Shown piece after piece: positions 52,329-62,367 of a DNA stretch of 64,000 nucleotides; the stretch's first letter is position 1, and every line of letters begins with the position of its first letter. Origin of the DNA: an uncultured Gammaproteobacteria bacterium (GTDB taxonomy: Bacteria > Pseudomonadota > Gammaproteobacteria > JACCXJ01); NCBI GenBank assembly GCA_963764725.1, contig CAVXTM010000016.1, positions 32,001 through 96,000 on the forward strand. The letters are read 5' to 3'. The notes under the pieces are model-generated. The model ran no database searches and had not been told where the DNA came from. It saw nothing but the letters and a program-made list of their open reading frames with translations. Position numbers and translations under genes: made by a program.

Positions 52329-53702
52329 ATGGCGCGAGCGAGAAAGCCGAAAGGCAAGCGGCAAACATTATCGGTGGTTCATCCGAAGGCGGCGGGAATT
52401 GATGTCGGCGCACAGATCCACGTGGTTGCAGTTCCGGTGGAACTGGCAGCGGAGGCGGTGCAAACATTCAAAAGTTTCACCCGCGATCTACATCGACTTG
52501 CTGGTTGGCTAGTTGATCTGGGTATCACAACGGTTGCCATGGAATCGACGGGCGTGTACTGGGTCCCCCTCTTTGAGATATTAGAGAGTCGTGGTATTGA
52601 AGTTCTCTTAGTCAATGCCCGTCACGCCAAAGCGGTCCCTGGGCGCAAGACCGATGTCAATGACGCGCAATGGTTGCAACAACTGCACGCCTGCGGTCTT
52701 TTACGCGGAAGTTTCCATCCCGAGCGGGAGGTGGCTGTTTTACGGGCCTACGTGCGACAACGCGATCGGCTTTCGGACTACGCCGCTTCCCATATTCAAC
52801 ACATGCAGAAAGCGCTGAACCAGATGAATCTGCAGCTGCAGCACGTCGTGACCGACATTACTGGTGCCACGGGGTTGACGATTATCCGTGCCATTGTCGC
52901 TGGAGAACGCGATCCTGCGGTATTGGCAAGTTACCGTGATGTACGCTGTAAGGAATCGGTTGAGGCAATCCGCGAAGCGCTCGTCGGTCACTATCTTCCC
53001 GAGCACGTCTTTGCGCTGCGCCAAGCCCTCGAGCTTTATGATTTCTACCAGCAGCAAATCGCCGCGTGTGATGTGGAGATTGAACAGGCCCTGGCCCGGC
53101 TTGGTCACGGGAGGGAATTACCGGCCACCCCCTTGCCCAAGCCCAAGCATCGAGGTCGTGCACCCAATGCACCGAGATTTGATATTCGCATGGCTCTTTA
53201 TACGGTGGTTGGTACCGACGTGACCCAAATCCACGGGATGGGCCCGCACCTCGCGTTGAAACTCCTGGGAGAATGCGGAACGGACATGTCACGTTGGCTC
53301 AGTGCGAAGCACTTCACCTCCTGGCTAGCGTTGGCGCCCGGGAACAAAATCTCCGGCGGGAAATTATTATCGTCCAGAACGCGTCCCTCATCGAGTCGCG
53401 CTGCGGCGCTCTTACGCCTGGCCGCGACCACCCTTGCCAGAAGCGATACGGCTCTGGGCGCCTTTTACCGCCGCCTTGGCGCGCGGGTGGGTAAAGCCAA
53501 AGCTGTCACCGCCACCGCGCGCAAGCTCGCAGTCTTGTTCTACAATGCCCTGCGCTACGGCCTTGATTACGTTGACCCGGGCGCATCGTACTACGAAGAG
53601 CGCTATCGTCAACGTACGCTCTCGAACCTTCGTCAACGCGCGCGAGCTTTGGGCTTTGAACTCTTACCGCGCACGGAGGAGGCCGTGGCGGGAGTTTCTT
53701 AG
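52329..53702 (+). CDS. IS110 DEDD recombinase/transposase
   Basis: GIDVG, MESTGVYW, KTDVND, C-terminal NKISGG serine motif, ATARKLA. Confidence 0.95.
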   Translation: MARARKPKGKRQTLSVVHPKAAGIDVGAQIHVVAVPVELAAEAVQTFKSFTRDLHRLAGWLVDLGITTVAMESTGVYWVPLFEILESRGIEVLLVNARHAKAVPGRKTDVNDAQWLQQLHACGLLRGSFHPEREVAVLRAYVRQRDRLSDYAASHIQHMQKALNQMNLQLQHVVTDITGATGLTIIRAIVAGERDPAVLASYRDVRCKESVEAIREALVGHYLPEHVFALRQALELYDFYQQQIAACDVEIEQALARLGHGRELPATPLPKPKHRGRAPNAPRFDIRMALYTVVGTDVTQIHGMGPHLALKLLGECGTDMSRWLSAKHFTSWLALAPGNKISGGKLLSSRTRPSSSRAAALLRLAATTLARSDTALGAFYRRLGARVGKAKAVTATARKLAVLFYNALRYGLDYVDPGASYYEERYRQRTLSNLRQRARALGFELLPRTEEAVAGVS

Positions 53703-53742
53703 TCCCTTATCCATGAAATCTTGTGCAAAAAAGCAAAGAGTG

Positions 53743-54836
53743 TCATGCATGAGCGGTATTGAGAGCAGGCATGACCACATACTCTCGGATAGCGAGTGCG
53801 CTGCTGAGCACACGACGACCGAATGTCGTGAGGTAGTACTTGTAGCGATGTCCAATCTTTTTGATGAGGCCATGGGTGCGCAAGCGTTTCAACCAGTAGG
53901 AGGCACGGCCGGTGGAGAGATCCCGGAGATGGGCTCGGAGATCGGAGGCGCGAAAGCCGCTGATGTTCCACTCCCCGCGGGCGAGGGTGATAAAAAGGCT
54001 ATGATCTTCACCGAGGAAGAGATTGAAGCCCCGATAGGAGCGGTCTTTCTCTCGTACAGGTTTGGCCATTTTGTCGATGGCGTGCAGAGCTGCATTGGGG
54101 TTATCGATGCTGGCCATGAAGCTGAGATAGCGTTCATTGGCAGCATGCATCAGCTCTCGCAGATCGGGGAGGCTATAGATGTTTTTTCGCAGGGGTGCGA
54201 GTTTGAATTGCTTGCGCCCATTGCGTTGTTCCACCCAACGGTGGTGTTTGAAGAAGGAGACATCGTTGGCGGTGCATTCCACCCGAGCCATGAGACTGAA
54301 TTTATCGTAGAGCTTGAGGCTTGCTGGTCCCATATGATGGCGGATGCGTGTACCCTGAATGCGGGTGTGAAAATCGTTACCGGCCTCCCCGCTGAAGGCC
54401 GAGGTAAGTTTGCGTCCCAAGAAGGTGGCGACGTGTTCTGCCTTGAGGGCATGCACGGCGGTACGCACGATGGCTTGATAGAGGGGTTGGAAATCGGCTT
54501 GGCGGTGGAAGATGACATCGGTCGAGAAAGCCAGGGCCAGGGAGTGGCCCTGCTTGGCGCGCCGAGGATGCAACTCCACCTGCATGCAGCTCCAGTGATA
54601 ACCAGCGCGAAACTGACCCAAGATAGGACAGAAGCTTTTCGCCCATCGGTCCAAACGCCGATGCAAGCCTTTGGGATCGAGGCTATCGGCAAGCGCCTGA
54701 GCCTGTTGGGGATCGCCGATGGACAAGAAGGCATTATCGGCGCGCTCAAAGGCGATCCCTGTCTTGGTCAGTCGTTGGGCTAACCAGTGATGGCCGTTCA
54801 AATAGACCTGCAGGCGAAACGGTGCCCAGGTGGGTA
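53743..54836 (-). mobile_element. 5'-truncated unclassified transposase-like gene with a C-terminal winged helix
   Basis: VPTWAPFRLQVYLNGH.WLA, DNAF, STDVIF, LKLYDK, RVECT.ND, LKRLR.HGLIKK...YKYYLT; putative terminal sequence GTCCCTTATCCATGAAATC at 53702. Confidence 0.6.
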
Positions 54837-55690
54837 CTCTGCGACTCGATTATCCGATGAGGCTATTGTGCCGTGTGATGGGGGTTTCGGCCAGTGGCTA
54901 TTATGCGAGGCTTTGCCGTCCGCCCTCGAAGCGATCGAGGGAGGAGGTGCGCTTGAAGGTCGCGATCGGTGCAGCCCATGAACGCACCCGTGGCACCTAT
55001 GGTGCGGAGCGTTTGCAAAAAGAGCTACAAGCCGAAGGTATTCAGGCGGGGGTGGGGCGGATCAAACGCCTTCGCAAGCAGCTTGGGCTATGTTGCAAAC
55101 AACGGCGTAAGTTCAAAGCCACAACCCATTCCAACCATCGGCTGGCGGTTGCAGAGAACCTCCTCGATCAGAATTTTGCAGCGACTCGGCCTAACCAGAT
55201 CTGGGTCGCCGACATCAGCTATGTGCCGACCGATGAGGGCTGGTTATACCTCGCTGCCCTCAAGGACCTCTACACCTGCGAGATCGTCGGCAGAGCGCTC
55301 TCGGAACGCATGAGCAAGGAGCTCGTGGGCCGGGCGCTGATCCAGGCGGTCGCAGCCAAACGCCCAGCGGCAGGGCTGATTCATCATTCTGATCGAGGCA
55401 GTCAATACTGCTCGCATGACTACCGGAAACTCCTCGAGCAATTTGGCATGAAAGCTTCCATGAGCCGCAAAGGCAACTGCTACGACAATGCCCCGGTGGA
55501 GAGTTTCTTCGCCTCGTTAAAAACCGAGCTCGTTTATCATCGGCGCTACCAGACGCGTCGCCAGGCCGTGGCCGAAATCACCGAGTATATCGACCTTTTT
55601 TACAATCGCCAGCGGCGGCATTCGAGACTCGGGTATCTCTCGCCCATGGCTTTCATTATAAAATACTGGGAGAAACGACAGGCAGCTTAA
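54837..55690 (+). pseudogene. IS3 OrfB (DDE), separated from its orfA
   Basis: WVADISY, HHSDRGSQY, DNAPVESFF, YNRQRRHS. Confidence 0.9.
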
Positions 55691-55724
55691 AAGTTATGGC
55701 GTCCACTATTGACAACCGACCTCA

Positions 55725-57730
55725 CCTTTACCTGATAACGAACAAGAGGGTCGGTCGTATCCTGTTTGAACAACTGCCCAAATACTTCATGCGAAATACG
55801 GCTTTGCTCATCGCGGAACGCGCGCTCGCTCCGGAGTTGATCGAGCCGCCGCAGTATTTGCTCAACTAATGCACCCAGCCTGCTGGGAATGGTGTTTTCC
55901 TCAAAGGAAATGCGAAACGCCTGGACGAAATCGTCGTTCGGGCGCGCCAGTAGCTGGTCGAGCACCAACGGGATACCGTGACGACCCCAGCCGTAAAACG
56001 CTTCCGCTGGGATCTCCGTTTCGCGCTCAAGCCTTGCCGCCTGCCGTACCAATTCGATGTGCTCGGGGGGAATGCCGGTTTCGGGGGCGAGAAAAGCTGT
56101 GTCGTCATCCGTCAAGTCGGCGAGTTTAACGCCTTCCAAAACCGGTTCGAGCTCGGCTAGGTGTTCCTCGTATGTGCAAGCCGCGCATGGTTTACAAAAT
56201 AGACCGGGGCGCATGGTTTACAAATTCTCTCCCTGTCCGTGCCATTGGCTGGGAGGGTTGATTTTCTGGTTTCGCTCATTGAGTACACCCAGAAGATGAA
56301 AGCTATAGCGTACTTCCCACAGGAACTCGTCAATCTGGTGCATGCCGATCGGTTCCTTGGCCAGAATGTCTGAGACATAGAGCAGATGGCCTTTCCACTT
56401 GATTTCGCCATTATGTCGCACCCTTCGGACCGTCACCTCAGTCCCATACGCCACTGGCGGCAGCTTCGTGGGATAACTCCTGGGCGAGGCCGTGTACCGT
56501 TCACGAGGTGTTCGCCGTGCCAGCGCTTCATGGCTACGCTCTGCGTTGTACTCGCTGACAAACGCGTTAAAGCGTTGCTGCTGGGCTTCGAGCGTCGCTG
56601 CAGGAGGCGCCACCGCGGCTTCTTTCAACGTCCGATGCATGCGCTCATGTCGGCCATTCTGATCCGGCCGGCCAGGTTCAATGCGCTCGGGACGGATACC
56701 CAGCCGAATCCACCAGGCCGACAGCCGACTCAACCCACCCACCGCCAGCGAGGCAAAGGGGGCGCCGTTGTCGGTCCGTATAGCTTCCGGCAATCCGTAC
56801 TCCCGAAAGACCCATTCGAACCAAGGCTGGACCTCGGCTCACGTCGGTCGTGCCAGACCTCGGCACTGCAAGAGGTAACGGCTGAAGTTGTCCGTCATCG
56901 TCAGCGGGTAACAGCGCCGGCCATCGCCCAGCACGAAATCGCCTTTGAAGTCCGCGCTCCAAAGGGCATTGGCGCCGTCGCAGTGGAGCAACGGCTCGCT
57001 GTGAGGCGCCACCCGCCGACGGCGGCGACGCGGACCCACCAGACCCGCCCGCTTCAGAATCTCACCCGCCGTACTGTCGGCGGGCCAAGCCACCGCGGGA
57101 TCTTCACGGCGCAACCCATCCATCACCTTCTTCGGCCCAAAACGTTGATGCCGCAGTTTGTACTGCACGATTCTTTCGCACAGCGCCGGTTCACTCGCAT
57201 TGGGATGATACTTGGCCGCCCGCGACCACTCCTTGAGCCCATCCAGCCCCAACCGCTGGTACCGCTCAATCCATTTGTCACCTGTCGGGCGACTGATCCC
57301 ATAAAACTCACACAAATTGATCTTGGGGCACTGACCATTCAACCAGTCACCGATAAATTGAACTCGTTGGTCCATCGCACAGGTCTCTTTCCACGGCATT
57401 GGCGTTTCCTCCTCGCCAATACCATAACTGATGTAAACCATGTGCCCGGTTTGTTTTTGTAAAGGATCATACCGGTTTGTACCCCCCCGTTTGGTCGAAG
57501 ATCCGGACGATCAGGTCAGCGGTATGCTTCTCCGCTCTCCGGAATTGTTCGGCCGCATAGGAGATTTGATATTCGCCATTAGTATCGGTAACCGCTTCAC
57601 CCAGGAATTGTTCCGCACGAAGGTCCTTGTCGAATGCACGAATGATATAGCCGCTTAAGTCGAAGACCTCGCCCGAGCGGCTAACCTTACCTCTTACGAT
57701 AAACCGCACGGTGGTTATAACGGAGCTCAT
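55725..57730 (-). pseudogene. N-terminal part of a large Tc-toxin-A-like protein, split by IS481 and IS3
   Basis: 57730: RAFDKDLRAEQFLGEAVTD..G.Y.ISY; 56172: YEEHLAELEPVL...FLAPETGIP...IPAEAFYGWGR.GIP...YQVK; continues at 62757. Confidence 0.55.
56173..57483 (-). mobile_element. IS481-family element with a frameshifted transposase (57399-56218)
   Basis: MPWKET, WSADFKG, TDNGAPF, NGRHERMHRTLK; TGT end; repeated CATGGTTTACA sites at both ends. Confidence 0.9.
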
Positions 57731-57864
57731 ATCGCTACCTCTTGTGGTGGCCTACCGATTACACACGAGAACGGCTCGCAGAGCGCCGCAAGCAGACTAA
57801 GCGACTGGCTGGGCGCTCCGCGTTATAATTAGATGCTCCTATGGTTAGGAAACGAGGTAGCATC

Positions 57865-58065
57865 ATGAAAGTCGCCGATCTCACGGTTGAACAATTGCGA
57901 ACGCTAATCAAGAAAGTCGTGCACGAAGAGTTGCGCGACCTGATGACCGATCCCGATAAGGGACTGGAACTGACCGACGAGATCCAAACACGGCTGCAAG
58001 CGTCCCTGGCCTCCGAAGGCCGGATCTCCTTCGAGGACGTGCAACGAAGGCTGAATCTCGCTTGA
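57865..58065 (+). CDS. Putative antitoxin
   Basis: GAGG RBS; MKVADLTVEQLR.LI...DPD.GLEL; overlaps the toxin start. Confidence 0.8.
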   Translation: MKVADLTVEQLRTLIKKVVHEELRDLMTDPDKGLELTDEIQTRLQASLASEGRISFEDVQRRLNLA

Positions 58066-58325
58066 CCTATAACGTCGAGTTCACCTCTCAAGCGCTCGAG
58101 GATCTCTCCCGCCTTGATGCCGCAATCGCCAGACGCATCGCCGAAAAAATCCAGTGGCTCGCCGAGCATTTCGATCAAATCCAAGCCGAGACGCTGACAG
58201 GACGCTTTGCAGGTCTGTTCAAGCTCCGGGTCGGTGACTGGCGCGTACTTTACACGACCGATCCGGCTCAACGCATCATCACGGTTCATGTGATTGCCCA
58301 TCGCAGCAAGGTTTATAAGTCCTGA
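58062..58325 (+). CDS. RelE/ParE-family toxin
   Basis: Y.VEF...A..DL.RLD...KLRVGDWRVLY...HRS.VYK. Confidence 0.9.
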   Translation: MTYNVEFTSQALEDLSRLDAAIARRIAEKIQWLAEHFDQIQAETLTGRFAGLFKLRVGDWRVLYTTDPAQRIITVHVIAHRSKVYKS

Positions 58326-58399
58326 CACGCGTGTGCATCGCGCACCTCACTCAACCTTCATTTCCGTTCGGCAAGGCCTCGCCGCTACCGGCCCAATCG

Positions 58400-58880
58400 A
58401 CCGGCAACCCACCCAGAGGAACGTAGCGGTGGAACGACGAATAAGGCCAATCGTCAATCGTCGCCCCAAACCATGCTTCATAGGATTCCAATGCACGTAA
58501 TCGACGTGCCGGGCGTAATCGGCCTCGTCACGAATGACGTGCTCCCAGAAGCGCTGCCTCCATGCCCCTCGCTCTCCTTCGTCATCCGGACCTTCGAGCG
58601 CCGCTCGGTGCGGGGTAGCGCCTGCACGAATCGTATCTTGATCGCCTCCCAGCGATTGGAGAAATCATCATCGCCCGGCGGCAAGGTCCAAATGCAATGC
58701 AGGTAGTCGGGAAAGACCACCCAGGCGTCGATGTGAAACGGCCGCTCCCGCCGCGTCACTCGCACCGCCTCGCGTAGCGCATCGACATGGCGCACCAGCG
58801 TATCCAGCCGCCGCTCCAACAGGGTTCACCGTAAAGAAATAGGTGCCGCCCAGCACCCGAAAACGTCGATAGTCCAACAT
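58400..58880 (-). pseudogene. REP-associated tyrosine transposase (RAYT), frameshifted
   Basis: YRR..V.GGTYFFTVN / F.IDAWVVFPDYLHCIWTLP.GD.DFS.RW / RFWEHVIRDE.DY..H.DY.HWNP.KHG. Confidence 0.85.
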
Positions 58881-58894
58881 AAAACTCCATACCC

Positions 58895-59010
58895 GTCGTA
58901 GGGCGGAAGCCCGAAGGGTGTTCCGCCAAATGGGATAATCCAAATCAACGGCACGCGATCCATCAAATATGTCTCCCTTCACACTCGGCGGAACCCGCAG
59001 AGCCATTCCC
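58895..59010. repeat. REP-like palindromes flanking the RAYT gene
   Basis: GTAGGGCGGAAgcccgaagggtgTTCCGCC, then a degenerate GGCGGAAC... partner. Confidence 0.6.
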
Positions 59011-59085
59011 ATCCGGCGAAACCCATTTCATGGTTCCGTCTTACGCGGGTTCGGAACGTGGTGGATACCCCGTTCCGCGCGGGAG

Positions 59086-59685
59086 CTACCTACGGGCGCC
59101 TTGATACTTTGGTAGGTTGAGCACCGGCCACTTAGGCGGACTATCTCCGGATATGTCCAGCATTCTCTGCCGATCAGCTTCGCGCGAATCTGCTCGTAGA
59201 AGAAACGGTATATTCCACCCTTTGATTTGGCGACTATACTCGCCAGGATTCACTTCCGTTCCGAATCTGTCTCGCTTTTCAAACTCGTAATAATCACGAA
59301 ACCTACCAAAAACCTTGGTTATCTGTATCTCGACAGTGTCTCCCTTCTCCGAAACGCGCCAAGCATAGTCGGCCTCAACTGTTAGGAGAGCGTGTCCAGA
59401 ACCCCATGCTTGATCCGCACCTCTAGCACCTGGCCACCATCCCTCAGACTGTGCCAGGAATTCTTCGGTAAGGTGAAAATGCTCTATGCCGCTACGTTGG
59501 CCTCGGTGTGCTCTAGCAGCCGCTTCTTCGGTCATGCGGCTCAGGCTTTCTTCCAAGAGTTGTGAGTAGGCTTTACCGCAGCCAGACATTACCCATTCCT
59601 TTTCTACTGTAGAGCTTCCGTCAAGAAGTGTGTAAATAAGTTCAGGCGGCCTTTCTGAGGGTGTCATCATTTTTTCGTATGCCAT
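59086..59685 (-). CDS. Hypothetical protein with lower GC, possibly the 3' remnant of a longer gene
   Basis: 199-aa ORF with AT-richer codons next to an IS256 remnant; no recognised motif. Confidence 0.45.
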   Translation of the reverse strand: MAYEKMMTPSERPPELIYTLLDGSSTVEKEWVMSGCGKAYSQLLEESLSRMTEEAAARAHRGQRSGIEHFHLTEEFLAQSEGWWPGARGADQAWGSGHALLTVEADYAWRVSEKGDTVEIQITKVFGRFRDYYEFEKRDRFGTEVNPGEYSRQIKGWNIPFLLRADSREADRQRMLDISGDSPPKWPVLNLPKYQGARR

Positions 59686-59719
59686 CGGCGAACGGGATGC
59701 CGCGATAGACTTCTTTAAG

Positions 59720-59872
59720 TAACCCCGCGGCGTTCAATCGGCGGAACGTCGTTTCAGCGACCCTCATGATTTCCAGATCAGCGCGGTGGCGTTCTCGACG
59801 TTCTTGAACCGCTTGGCGGCATCGGTACGCAGCCGTACGGCGGCAAAGGGCGACTCGATCGGGTTAGTGGTC
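59720..59872 (-). mobile_element. IS256-family transposase, C-terminal fragment
   Basis: TTNPIESPFAAVRLRTDAAKRFKNVENATALIWK. Confidence 0.85.
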
Positions 59873-60814
59873 TGAGGTCGGTTGTCAATAGTGGACGCCA
59901 TAACTTTTAAGCTGCCTGTCGTTTCTCCCAGTATTTTATAATGAAAGCCATGGGCGAGAGATACCCGAGTCTCGAATGCCGCCGCTGGCGATTGTAAAAA
60001 AGGTCGATATACTCGGTGATTTCGGCCACGGCCTGGCGACGCGTCTGGTAGCGCCGATGATAAACGAGCTCGGTCTTTAACGTGGCGAAGAAACTCTCCA
60101 CCGGGGCATTGTCGTAGCAGTTGCCTTTGCGGCTCATGGAGGCTTTCATGCCAAATTGCTCGAGGAGTTTCCGGTAGTCATGCGAGCAGTATTGACTGCC
60201 TCGATCAGAATGATGAATCAGCCCTGCCGCTGGGCGTTTGGCTGCGACCGCCTGGATCAGCGCCCGGCCCACGAGCTCCTTGCTCATGCGTTCCGAGAGC
60301 GCTCTGCCGACGATCTCGCAGGTGTAGAGGTCCTTGAGGGCAGCGAGGTATAACCAGCCCTCATCGGTCGGCACATAGCTGATGTCGGCGACCCAGATCT
60401 GGTTAGGCCGAGTCGCTGCAAAATTCTGATCGAGGAGGTTCTCTGCAACCGCCAGCCGATGGTTGGAATGGGTTGTGGCTTTGAACTTACGCCGTTGTTT
60501 GCAACATAGCCCAAGCTGCTTGCGAAGGCGTTTGATCCGCCCCACCCCCGCCTGAATACCTTCGGCTTGTAGCTCTTTTTGCAAACGCTCCGCACCATAG
60601 GTGCCACGGGTGCGTTCATGGGCTGCACCGATCGCGACCTTCAAGCGCACCTCCTCCCTCGATCGCTTCGAGGGCGGACGGCAAAGCCTCGCATAATAGC
60701 CACTGGCCGAAACCCCCATCACACGGCACAATAGCCTCATCGGATAATCGAGTCGCAGAGACCTCATCAACGCGTACCTCGTAGCGACTCCTTGGCAAAG
60801 TACGCGGTGGCTTC

Positions 60815-62188
60815 CTAAGAAACTCCCGCCACGGCCTCCTCCGTGCGCGGTAAGAGTTCAAAGCCCAAAGCTCGCGCGCGTTGACGAAGGTTCGAGAGCG
60901 TACGTTGACGATAGCGCTCTTCGTAGTACGATGCGCCCGGGTCAACGTAATCAAGGCCGTAGCGCAGGGCATTGTAGAACAAGACTGCGAGCTTGCGCGC
61001 GGTGGCGGTGACAGCTTTGGCTTTACCCACCCGCGCGCCAAGGCGGCGGTAAAAGGCGCCCAGAGCCGTATCGCTTCTGGCAAGGGTGGTCGCGGCCAGG
61101 CGTAAGAGCGCCGCAGCGCGACTCGATGAGGGACGCGTTCTGGACGATAATAATTTCCCGCCGGAGATTTTGTTCCCGGGCGCCAACGCTAGCCAGGAGG
61201 TGAAGTGCTTCGCACTGAGCCAACGTGACATGTCCGTTCCGCATTCTCCCAGGAGTTTCAACGCGAGGTGCGGGCCCATCCCGTGGATTTGGGTCACGTC
61301 GGTACCAACCACCGTATAAAGAGCCATGCGAATATCAAATCTCGGTGCATTGGGTGCACGACCTCGATGCTTGGGCTTGGGCAAGGGGGTGGCCGGTAAT
61401 TCCCTCCCGTGACCAAGCCGGGCCAGGGCCTGTTCAATCTCCACATCACACGCGGCGATTTGCTGCTGGTAGAAATCATAAAGCTCGAGGGCTTGGCGCA
61501 GCGCAAAGACGTGCTCGGGAAGATAGTGACCGACGAGCGCTTCGCGGATTGCCTCAACCGATTCCTTACAGCGTACATCACGGTAACTTGCCAATACCGC
61601 AGGATCGCGTTCTCCAGCGACAATGGCACGGATAATCGTCAACCCCGTGGCACCAGTAATGTCGGTCACGACGTGCTGCAGCTGCAGATTCATCTGGTTC
61701 AGCGCTTTCTGCATGTGTTGAATATGGGAAGCGGCGTAGTCCGAAAGCCGATCGCGTTGTCGCACGTAGGCCCGTAAAACAGCCACCTCCCGCTCGGGAT
61801 GGAAACTTCCGCGTAAAAGACCGCAGGCGTGCAGTTGTTGCAACCATTGCGCGTCATTGACATCGGTCTTGCGCCCAGGGACCGCTTTGGCGTGACGGGC
61901 ATTGACTAAGAGAACTTCAATACCACGACTCTCTAATATCTCAAAGAGGGGGACCCAGTACACGCCCGTCGATTCCATGGCAACCGTTGTGATACCCAGA
62001 TCAACTAGCCAACCAGCAAGTCGATGTAGATCGCGGGTGAAACTTTTGAATGTTTGCACCGCCTCCGCTGCCAGTTCCACCGGAACTGCAACCACGTGGA
62101 TCTGTGCGCCGACATCAATTCCCGCCGCCTTCGGATGAACCACCGATAATGTTTGCCGCTTGCCTTTCGGCTTTCTCGCTCGCGCCAT
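60815..62188 (-). CDS. IS110 DEDD recombinase/transposase, copy 2
   Basis: Translation identical to 52329-53702. Confidence 0.95.
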   Translation of the reverse strand: MARARKPKGKRQTLSVVHPKAAGIDVGAQIHVVAVPVELAAEAVQTFKSFTRDLHRLAGWLVDLGITTVAMESTGVYWVPLFEILESRGIEVLLVNARHAKAVPGRKTDVNDAQWLQQLHACGLLRGSFHPEREVAVLRAYVRQRDRLSDYAASHIQHMQKALNQMNLQLQHVVTDITGATGLTIIRAIVAGERDPAVLASYRDVRCKESVEAIREALVGHYLPEHVFALRQALELYDFYQQQIAACDVEIEQALARLGHGRELPATPLPKPKHRGRAPNAPRFDIRMALYTVVGTDVTQIHGMGPHLALKLLGECGTDMSRWLSAKHFTSWLALAPGNKISGGKLLSSRTRPSSSRAAALLRLAATTLARSDTALGAFYRRLGARVGKAKAVTATARKLAVLFYNALRYGLDYVDPGASYYEERYRQRTLSNLRQRARALGFELLPRTEEAVAGVS

Positions 62189-62216
62189 CTTCGTTCTCCA
62201 CCGTTTGCCAAAAGAA

Positions 62217-62367
62217 TCGAAGGGCGGGACGGCGCTCAATCATCACTTTCCTAACCGGGATCACCGAAACGGTGTCACCACTGCCAAGTGCGCTACTGTC
62301 CCTGGACCACGTTTTTTTACGGGGTCAATGCCACCAAAAAGCCAACGGCCGCTCCCTTCGTCCGGGG
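62217..62367 (-). ncRNA. Putative IS110 bridge RNA, copy 2
   Basis: Inverted copy of 52150-52300. Confidence 0.7.

Larger units (their letters stand above)
52092..53702 (+). mobile_element. IS110-family element, copy 1 (about 1.6 kb, long non-coding left end)
   Basis: No difference seen against 60815-62425 (inverted); no flanking duplication; 237-bp non-coding left end. Confidence 0.93.
51754..55724 (+). mobile_element. Mosaic IS3 unit (copy 1): IS3-A left end and orfA, IS110, unclassified transposase, IS3-B orfB and right end
   Basis: Left end TGATCTTGTAAGCTTTCGATAGAC; right end GGCGTCCACTATTGACAACCGACCTCA. Confidence 0.8.

Noticed and set aside
53434-54783. 449-aa plus-strand ORF, and similar long ORFs at 10531-11478, 46001-46921, 49488-50432, 50531-51484, 56386-57462 and 62870-63967
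   Set aside because: These are antisense or off-frame shadows of recognised genes in GC-rich DNA.
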